DNA from: Bigelowiella natans CCMP2755
Lineage: Eukaryota > Protista > Cercozoa
Direction: 5' to 3'
Length of the DNA: 64,000 nucleotides
Assembly (NCBI GenBank): GCA_000320545.1
Contig: ADNK01002094.1
Span: 1-64,000 of the forward strand
The notes beneath the pieces were generated by a model that saw only the letters and a program-made list of their open reading frames with translations, was not told the origin of the DNA and ran no database searches. The position numbers and the translations under genes were made by a program. Positions within the stretch are counted from its first letter, which is position 1. Each line of letters opens with the position of its first letter. Below are positions 54,167 through 64,000 of this stretch, one piece after another.

Positions 54167-54567
54167 AATGCTGTTAGCATTATCAATTTTGGTGTAACGA
54201 TAGTAAGGATCAGCTTTCTTCTATTCGAGCGCAATTAGAGATTACTTATTGTGGATAATTTATCATATATTGTGATGAATGAGAGGAATAAGAGCCAGTA
54301 TGGCATCAATCATCGTCATCAAATAATAGAACAGAAGAAGAAGAAGAAGAAGAGGAAGATAACTGAATTTAAATTTCATCGATTTTCTCAATTGTCGTTT
54401 ATTGCTGTGCTAGGATGGGGAAGGCACGGCAGTGTTATACTTGAATGAAGATTTTTCTGTGGACAACACACCTGCGGCCAAAACACGACCGGTGAATTGA
54501 GTAGTGAGCAACTGCACGATGCTGTTTCCCCTTCTTTCAGTTGGATTTCCTCCCCATAGTAGTAATC

Positions 54568-54599
<32 letters not shown>

Positions 54600-55107
54600 A
54601 TTACTTCATTACTAACAATAGCGATGCTTGTCTTGTCTATCTGGTATATGCCTCCTCTTCCTCCCATTATTATATCCTCTCCTTAGATTAATCTTGGAGA
54701 TCGGGTTCAAAGAATTATGAGTCTAGGTTACACCGAAACCGAAGCCAGTAAGTGCGTGCTACAGCAAGATATTATACGTCGCTGCCGCTACATGCATGCA
54801 TACAACAACTATTTCTCTCCTCCTCCTCCTCCTCCTATTACTACTACTATCATCATTAGCACTATCGTATCTGAACTATCTTTACTACAATTATTACCAT
54901 CGTCATCACTAGGGTTAAATACATGAAAGAATACTTCAACCCGAATTCTTTTCTTCTTCCACACTTCTGTTACGAGGAGGAGGGGGAGGAGGAGCCTAAT
55001 TGCTAATAATATTTTACTACTAATTATCAAAATGACAACTGCTGCTATTTGTATCACATAGAGCAGCATTACCTGTCGCGCGCACACACAACACAACACA
55101 CACACAT

Positions 55108-55154
<47 letters not shown>

Positions 55155-55726
55155 CACAATACATATGTGAATACAAACAAAATCCATCATCATCATCTAT
55201 GCGCAATAACCTCAAAATTGTTCCTCCAACATCTATCTATCATTAAATAGTGGAAGCATTGGAGAGTCAAAATAATAATATGGACTATGCGTTTGATCGG
55301 GCTGGTGAGCTGGCAACTCCTGGAGGCGTAGCTGCATGCTTGGATGCAAATCACTGCTTCGGTTATTGCCATTAGCATCATTATCATATCTCTTCACCAC
55401 CACCATCACTACACGTGAAGGAGTGGACCAGGAGAAAAAGAAGAAGAAGAAGAAGAAGAAGAAGAAGAAGAAGGAGTGGACCAGGAGAAAAAGAAGAAGA
55501 AGAAGAATGAATGAATGAAAGAAATATTAAAGGACACAATACTATCTCCACAGTCGTTTCTTAGTTTGTTATTTCATAAGTAGTTATGTCGTCGCGAATC
55601 ATTTTTGGACTTCATTAATGCCTAGTGGTTACAGTAATGGACGTAATAAATTGTTTCACAGAAGAAGATGAAGCCACTGTGATTGCCGGGGTGAAGCTAG
55701 AAGCCGATGCTGCTAAAATTAAGTAA
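51661..55726 (+). CDS. Hypothetical multi-exon protein with signal peptide, Lys/Ser-rich middle and C-terminal UBA-like domain
   Basis: MLTTSPRRALLSVLLLTANLIILLPCSC; exons VQRIMSLGYTETEA and EALESQNNNMDYAFDR together form a UBA pattern (L.SMG(F/Y)….A..AL….N.D.A). Confidence 0.5.
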
Positions 55727-56280
55727 CCCACGATGCAATACTTTGCCTGAAAGCAACAAATCAGACTAATTTTCCAGCATCATGTGCGTCTACTCAGTCG
55801 ATTACTTTTCACACCATGGATGATATAGTACACAATGTTTCGTGCGCCGCCCGTGCCAGAGTTTGCGAAAAATTGAGAAAACATATGTGAGAGTTGCTAC
55901 AAGGCCACTCACAGGATGAACAAAATGAACGCTCAGTGGGTATGTCACTAAATGAGAGCTGAGTGTTGTCCACCATGCACAAAAATGCATGCTTCAGAAT
56001 GAGCAGGCTTTCAGGCGGTGACGCGTGGTGTGAATGATTTGGACAAATTCTTCATTTTCCAAGTCATGAAATGCTTTGCGCTCGTGCGAATGCATGACTG
56101 CTGCGATCGTGTGTGCGTGAGATCGTGCTCACGTGCACTGCCATCTAGCGATGGCCACCACTTGTTTGTTTTGCGACGGTGCACTCTAGTACTCACACCA
56201 CGCTGTGCAGGCTGGCACGCTGGCACACCCTGGCGCCTTGCTACTGCATGACTAGACGCGATGACGTGGCCGTGAAAAGC

Positions 56281-58880
56281 ATTCTGCTTGAAGAAGAATG
56301 AGAAGAAAAAGAAGAAGAAGATGTGTTTGCAATCACGCGCATTTGCTCAACTAGTCCTGAGTCAAGGCCGAAGTGGGCCTGCATCGTGGCGGCGGAATGT
56401 GCTGGTTGCCGCGCTCTTGGACAGTGGCACTAGCCAGCTAGCTCAAACGGGAAAAGTTTGGCGTCCAAGGCAACAGGCTTGAACAGGTGACCCGGCGGAC
56501 GAACAACTTCTCAGGATCGATTGCGCGCGCATCACACGACAAAGCCTGAATGAGTGAACGATGACGCTTGGTGTTTCCACTCCCTCAAGCCTCGGCAGCG
56601 AGCGAGTGAAGGCCTGAACCACTCTTTGTCGTTTTGACTCTGAGAGGGAGAGCCATCTTGATTGAGTCAATGGGAAGGCGCGTTGCGCGTGCGGCGGCGA
56701 CTTTCAGAATTGTCTCCCCATGGATGCCCCTCGAAAAGTCGCTTGCTTGTTTGGTGCGAAGCTGCGAAGCTGCGAAGCAAGGGCGTCTCAGGTGGTGACC
56801 ACAATGCAATGAGCTTGGACAATGAACAATGAACGTGATGATGAACTGCGTTTCCAAAACGTTGCAAACAAACAAACGAACAAACGTGATGAAGAACTGC
56901 ACTTCCAAAACTTGGCACAGTTTGGCAGGACACTTGCAAAGTGAGAAACGCAGTGCCTCGAACCAGTTCAGTGAGGGCTGAAGGGGTTTGAAAACTTGGC
57001 AGTTCAGCTGCGCAGAGCAGCACAAGTGGCGGCAATGTGGCGGCGACGCAAAGCACACACTCTTCACAGGACTTCCTGAAGGCTGCATCTGCAAGCTGGT
57101 CCCCGGCCGGGCCATTCGAAGGAGTGATCGAGCACCCAACAAGACACGTTGGTCTTGGTGGAGCCAGAACAATGAGAACAATGAACAATGAACAATGATG
57201 AAGAACCACATTTCCAAAATGCAACAAGACATTTGCAGTGTGCGAAACGCAGGGCCTCGAACTGACTTTGGTGAGGACCATCTAGTGAAACCAAAAGGAA
57301 TCAAAAGTGGCATTGTGGCCACTCCTCCGTTCCTAGTTTCATTGTTTTCAGTGCCAACTTCAGGACCACGCATCCCCAAATCCTGTCGTAATGGTTTGCT
57401 CATGCTTGGAGATCACCAAGCAAGAACACCACACCTGCGAACCCCAAGAGAACAATCCCATGGACCACACCTTCATGGTCTGCTTCACACCTGCCACAAC
57501 ATCCCCAGCTTTGCGCGGAGACATTGCCCTCACTGGAAGGCATGAAGATGGAGGAGGATGCATTCTTCGTTCCTGGTCCATTTGGACAGCGAGCTTCGCA
57601 ATGACCACAACATCCCCGGCTTTTGCGGAGACAAAGCCCCCATCATTGCAATTGGAAGCACTGGCTTCACGCCAACCACAACATCCCCGGCCCAATGGAG
57701 ACATTGCCTGGAAGGCATGAAGTTTGAGGAGGACACCTTCATCCTGACGGGATTCATCCGGGGGCAACATTGGATGCAGATCCGAAAATCCTTCACTTGG
57801 CAACCAATTCTCCGGTGGCCTGCCCCACCGGTGAACAGGAATGTGGCACAGGGATGAGGGGAAAAGCCACCCTCGCAACCGAAAAACCCACCACCCAGTC
57901 TAGCAGTGCCATTTCGGCGAATGCAACTTTGAATCTTGAACACAGATCCACACATCCTTCACTTGGCCACCGAGTCACCGGTGGCTGGGGCGACAAGTCT
58001 GTCTGCCCAACCAGTGACCAGGAATGTGGTTCAGGGGTAGGAGGTGACCAACCCCCCCGCCCATCACCGCATCACACCAATTTTTTTCCGAATGCAACTT
58101 TGAATCTTGAACACAGATCCACACGTCCTTCGTCTGGCTGCCTGGTCACCGGTGGCTGGGGCGACATGTCTGTCCATCCCACCGGTGTCCAGGAATGTGG
58201 TTCAGGGGCAGGAGGTGACCAAACCCCCACCCACATCACCGCATCGCGCCGCATCGGCGAAATCAACAATGAGCCAGAGTTGCTAGACGTTTGCAATGCA
58301 CAATGAACAATGAAGAAAGCGTTGATCAAAACCACATGCGCCAGAACCACATGGGAGACAGGCATTTGCACGCAGCAGAGCCTCAACAACACTCGTTGCA
58401 AGGACTTGTCAGCACCCTGTTGGTGAGAGACACAAAAAATCAGCCGCATCCCATGAAATTGGCATGGATGCCGATTGATGGTGCACTCAATGATGGAATG
58501 GGAAACAATGAAACAATGAAACAATGATGAAAAACCACACTTCCAAAGTGTTGCAAGACACTTGCAGTGTGCAAAGTGCAGTGCCTCGAACTGGTTTCAG
58601 TGAGGACTGGGAATTGAATTGAAACAATGAAACAAACAATGAAACAATGATGAAAAACCACACTTCCAAAGTGTGGCAAGACACTTGAATTTGATGATGA
58701 CCACCCCATTCCCAAAACATTTCGTGATGTTTGCAACGTGCGAAACGCAGTGCCTCGAGCTGAACAATGAACAATGATGATGATGAACCACATTTCCAAA
58801 GTGTTGCAAGACACTTGCAGTGTGCGAAACGCAGTGCCTCGAGCTGAATCTAGCGATGGACTGCGTTTCCAAAATGACCA
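56281..58880. mobile_element. TpA-free island H: eroded complex repeat or non-autonomous element
   Basis: About 10 TA in 2.6 kb, 8 of them in CTAG. An ~85-100 bp unit (aacaatgatgaa.aaccac..ttccaaa…gacacttgcagtgtgcgaaacgcagtgcctcga) recurs at ~56820-56975, ~57175-57280 and ~58505-58848. Central ~175 bp duplications at 57480-57760 and 57915-58250. Confidence 0.75.
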
Positions 58881-59040
58881 CAAATGCTATGCGTTGTGCA
58901 AAGTAGTCCTTTGTCAGTCGCCTCCCATTCGCAACCTGCGACAACCTTTTTTGATTATTTTACTAAGATTTCTTACTTTCACGGACTGATTGCTTTCATA
59001 TTCCAAGCGCTGACCTGTTCGTTCTCGCAACGTGAGAAGA

Positions 59041-60914
59041 ATGGAAACTATCGTAGATACGAGGCGCCTTCGCCATCGTAGAGGAGGAAGAGGAAGAAGG
59101 GGAAGAGGGAGAGGGAGGCAACATAACGTAAGAAAGAGAACTATGGAGAGAAAGCTTAAGCGCCTTGAGAAGAAGAAGAAGAAGCACAGTAAGAAAAGAA
59201 AACGTGATTTTAACGACGAGGAGAGGGAAGGGAGTAGAGTCGTCGACACCCATGAAAGTAGTAGACTTGAGCAACATGATTCAGCTAATCGAAATGAAGA
59301 CAGGGAGAAAAAAATAGAAGAAAATAGACTGCGGCGACGACGATCTGAGAGGGTTGGTACTGTTGCCCGAGACGGCATGGTAAAAGCAGCAGCAGTGCCA
59401 AAAGAAGAACTAGAAGAAATTGAGTATTTGGAGAAGAAACTTGGAGTTGAGTCCCAATCTGGGCGGGACAAATTACGGTTTACAATACTACTACTTACTA
59501 CTACTACTACCACTGTATTTACTACTACTGATGGTAGTAATGTCATTATTTAATGATGATGATGATGATAATAATGATGATGATAATGATGGTGATGAGT
59601 TTTTCCCTGGTTTATGATGTACATGATGTGTTATTTTATTTAGATGATGATTGTTCTTTTCCTGGCTTGTGATGTACATGTGCGAGAAGGATGATCAATT
59701 CCCTCCTCCTCTCTTCAGAATACTTGTGTGTATGTACAACAAATATGACTAGTCTCCTCGTCCTCTCCGTAGTGTGAATTTATGTCTGTTGCAGTCGTGA
59801 GCTTGAAGAGATTGGATTAGGGGACATGGATGACTTTCTGAATGGCCTCATCAGCACCAATCTTGGTCGTCGTCGTTCATTTTCCTTCTTCTTTCATACA
59901 TCCATTTCATTATTTACTGATGATAATTTCCATCATCTTATAATTTATCCTTCTAGATGCATGCATGCTGCTGCGTATTTAAACTTCATGGTATATCAGA
60001 TGATCCAGATATTACCATTGTTATCAATTAACGACTCACCCAGCAGCGCAACCAACCAATGTGTTAATAGCCTGTTCTATCTGCCTCCCACCCAACCCAC
60101 TCTTTTGTAGGAATCAACACCTTTGCAGGAATAGAATCTGAGCAGCACTCTCAAAGAGTGCTACAACGACAACAACAACAACAAAAATCAACCAGAGATA
60201 GCTATGAGGGCATTACATCCAATGCTTACGAATACGATGATGTTGATTATGAAGAGGGTGATAATATTGATGATGGCCGACGAAACGATGAGCACCACGG
60301 CGCAGTCAATACAGTTGATGGAGAACGCCACTACCATAGTAACAACAATAATGAGGAAGATGATAATGGTGATGCTCAAGGAGGCAGTAGTGATGAAGCT
60401 AGCAAGTATACTCAGGATGATGATGAGGAGGAGGAGGACAATGCTGGCAATCATAATGATGATAAGGACAGCTGCTTTGATAACAGCGAGGATTCTGATT
60501 TTGGTGTGTTCAGTACACCTCATTCCCATCATTCTTCAGTTGCTGCTGCTGCTGCTTCTTCTTCTTCTTCTTCTTCTTCTTCTAATACATACACTAAAAA
60601 TAGTAGTTCTACCGCTACCTCATCATCATCATCATCAGCATCATCACTCACCACTGCTGTAGCTGTAAGAAGTGCTGGTGGTGGCCAAACACAAGCATCT
60701 AAGTATGTACCCCCTCATCTGAAACGCCGCCTCCTCAAAAATGATGAATCTGAACTCAGAAGGCAACGGGTAGTAGTAGTAGTAGTAGTTTTAGTAGTAG
60801 TAGTGGTTGTGGTAGTGATGGTAGTGGTAATGATGATGTCAGTAGATCTGTATCGTCTTTGCTAACAGTAGGCGAATATATGGAAAAGTTCATTATAATG
60901 ACTAATAATTGTAT

Positions 60915-60946
<32 letters not shown>

Positions 60947-61055
60947 TTTGATCATATCCTCGTCCTCCTGCTCCGCCTATGGCAGACAGCATGTAGTACT
61001 TATATTTCTTCTTCTTCTTCTCCCACTAATTCCCATCATCATCATCTCCACCACC

Positions 61056-61086
<31 letters not shown>

Positions 61087-63679
61087 AAACCATCGTTAAA
61101 CTACTCAGATTCGTCGAGAAGTGAATGGTCTATTGAATAGGCTAAGCTACGACAATATTCAGCCTATTTTCTCGTCTCTCAAGACGATATACATGGACAT
61201 TGATTATTCAGCAAATGGATCTCCTTCATCAATTAGCCGTGGTGATCTTACTCAGTTACTCTCGGCTATTATCCTTAAATCATGTTTGGACTGTGGGCAA
61301 ACGAGTGTGTTACTATCTGTGGTAGAACCTCAAGCTGCTCTTATCGCTGGTAGCATGCCATTCATATGATGATGATGATTATTATTATTATGATCATGAT
61401 AGATACTTATTCTTATATATGATGTCATCCTTAGTATTATCTAGGTTATACTTATTATTATTGGTATTATTATAACAAGTCCCTATCCCTATATATTGCT
61501 ACTAATATTAGGTCTCCACGTGCATCCAAAGATTGGAGATCGCACCAACATTGGTGCTGTTGTTCTAGAAAGCTTCTGCCTTCGCTTGGATGCTCTCCTC
61601 CTCTCACACGGTGCTACTACTACAACTACTACGAAAGAAGAGGGGGGGGAGGGCAAAAGTACTAGACAGCAGCAGCATTCCTTGATTAGTGATAAAGGGA
61701 TCCACAATGTGCTACTTTTTATTACGTGCTTATACAACTTCAAAGTCACGTACTGCGGCCTCATCTACGAGGTGATAAGGCGCTTGTTGGATCGGATGTT
61801 AGGCATAGACGTAGAATTACTTCTTTTATTGCTAGAAAACTGTGGATGGCGACTTCGTAACGATGATCCTGCCGCTTTGAAAGATATCATCAGACTTACA
61901 CAGAAGAAAGTTAAACAAAAAAATAGCAATGGCAAGGATGAGGTCACTGGCGGCATAAACACACATAATAAGAATAAGAATAAGAACAATCAGCCCACTG
62001 CTCGCATACGAGTTCTTCTTGATAAGATAATCGATTTGAAGAACAACAAACGTCGCAGGGCTGCAGCAGAGGGCAGGGACTTAAGGTCGCAACCCTTGAG
62101 ATCATGGCTCCTTAGCAAACAAACACTCAAGTCATCATCATCAGCAAAAGCTACAAACGAATTACAGGTAGTTGGTCGTGTTTATGCGGCTCCTACATAC
62201 ACTACTACTACTTACTACGGCTACTAATTACAATTACTAGTAATAGAATGATACGATTATTATTATTATTATTATTATTATATGACATGCAGGACAGTAG
62301 TGAATAGCATCTCTACTTCATCAATATTGTACCTGTTTACGCAACATCTGTAAGTAGCTTTATCATATGCCCTATTTTTAAATGTGCCTTCATTATTTTA
62401 TTCCTCTCTATCATCACTACCATCATCATTATCATTATCATTGTTATCGCTGTTGTTATTGCCATCATTACATTATTTCATTCATTTATGTTCTTCTTCC
62501 TCCCTCATTATCATTTTCTTTCTCTTCTTCTTCTTCGTCTTCTTCTTCTTCTTCTTCCATCAGATTCGTTTTGAGGACTTCATCAACATTGAAACTAAGG
62601 GACGATGGTGGATTACAGGTGCTGCATGGAGAGGAAAGACAGATGATACAGCTTCTTCTACACAACAGTCACAAGGCTTGTATTCCAACAGTAGCAGAGC
62701 AAGTGCTACATGGGAGAGAGGAGGAGGAGGAGGAGGAGGAGGAGGAGGAGGAGGAAGAAAAACAACAAATGAGAGTAATAGCAGTAGCAGCAATCTGATG
62801 TATTTAGCAACATCAATGCGAATGAATACCGCATTGAGAAAGAGTATATTCTGCGTCATAATGGGGGCAGATGACTTTATTGATGCCTATGAGAAGATCG
62901 TTAAAATGAGACTTTCAACAATTCAATCTCGAGAGGTGATAAGGGTACTGGTACGATGCTGTTCTTCTGAAGCAGCGTACAACCCTTACTATGGCTATCT
63001 TGCAGGGAAGTTGTGTTCAAATCATAGAAATCACAAATTCACGTTGCAGCTGGTATATTGGGACATGTTTAAACAATGGCAGGACAAGGGAGGAGGAGGA
63101 GGAGGAGGAGATGATAAAGATGACAAAAACGAGTACCTGATGCAGACAAGAAAAGCAACAAATTTAGGGCTATTACTTGCACATCTCATCACGAGCTTTT
63201 CTACATCTCTTTCAATATTTAAGGTGCTGCTGATCGTAGGTCAATGTTGTATTATTAGCAAGACTGTAACAATGGTGGTGCTGATGATGATGATGATGAT
63301 GATGATGATGTCTTCCACGTGATGTGCTATTACTACATGTATTCAAAAGGACCTCATATATACATACATGCAAACATACATATGTAGTACACATAATAGC
63401 ACTTTGATTCATAATGATTTCAAAGTTAAGGTCCTTACCATTGTTTTGTTGTTCAAACTACTACGAATTTATATTTTCACTCATGACTTTAAAGATGTAG
63501 ATGTAGGAGTTTGATATTCATTCGGCCTCAAATACTCATTCTGTCCTTTTCTTCTTCTTCATCTTCTTCTCTTCTTTTTTCTCATGTTCTATCTGCATGC
63601 AGGTGGTTGATTTTAATAAGTTACCAAACGATACCGCTTCTCTCTTCTTCTATACGATCTTTCGGTGAGAATATACATG

Positions 63680-63720
<41 letters not shown>

Positions 63721-64000
63721 TCCTTCGGTGACAAGTGGTGTAATGATAAGAAGTACATACTTTGATGAGAGGACAGAAAAACAAAACAACTACTACTATA
63801 CAACACTACATATGTAAAAGTCTGGTAATGCGTTTTTGTGGTATAATAGAAATGATTTATCACTATGTTCAAATTGATTCAACTTTTATATACCGTTGTT
63901 GTTGTTGTTGCTGTTGTTGTGTTTTCCAGGAAAATCATGGACGCAAAAGAAGGTGTGATCGTGTCTGTGTTTGAAAGGATATCAGGATCGATGGAGCTAG
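59041..64000 (+). CDS. NOM1: Nucleolar MIF4G/MA3 domain protein NOM1/Sgd1 (3' end beyond the window)
   Basis: KYVPPHL, NGLLNRLSYDN, CGWRLRNDDPAALKDII, LKNNK, KGRWWITGAAW, MRMNTALRKSIFCVIMGADDFIDAYEK, YNPYY. Confidence 0.93.

Noticed and set aside
49640-55505. Short tandem duplications in introns (49640-49705, 50891-50949, 52362-52418, 55417-55505)
   Set aside because: Ordinary slippage duplications with no shared sequence.
56820-58848. CRISPR-like repeat/spacer array
   Set aside because: Units are long, degenerate and irregularly spaced; eukaryotic context; no cas genes.
56443-58944. Many overlapping 100-270 aa ORFs on both strands (also at 20369-21367, 23781-24369, 42442-43663)
   Set aside because: Artefact of TAA/TAG loss in TpA-depleted DNA; Tyr-free, Cys/His-rich, no recognisable domains.
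1-64000. tRNA, rRNA or snRNA genes
   Set aside because: None recognised by eye; a tRNAscan-SE/Infernal search would be needed to exclude them.

Overview
Gene-dense eukaryotic DNA with short GT-AG introns that are often loaded with microsatellites. A fibrillin with a signal peptide and an Ffh M-domain-only protein suggest a protist with a secondary plastid (chlorarachniophyte-like; inference). About 15 genes can be traced by hand: RIO1-like kinase (partial), NADH glutamate synthase, C2-domain membrane protein, GT25-like glycosyltransferase, ZC2HC1-like zinc finger, Ffh/SRP54 M-domain protein, HEIP1/REDIC1-like protein, PAP/fibrillin, cysteinyl-tRNA synthetase, acylated EF-hand protein, intronless arylsulfatase, UBA protein, NOM1/SGD1 (partial) and two hypotheticals. 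The most striking signal is non-genic: up to nine intergenic islands are depleted of TpA (almost completely in the strongest ones) except inside CTAG, while CpG stays abundant. Repeat copies show TA vs CA/TG differences. The islands occur only in spacers that contain a gene 3' end and not in head-to-head spacers. This looks like a targeted TpA->TpG/CpA hypermutation, opposite in direction to fungal RIP. Also notable is an internal mitochondrial-presequence-like linker between the alpha and beta halves of glutamate synthase. All counts are hand counts and all gene models are manual.
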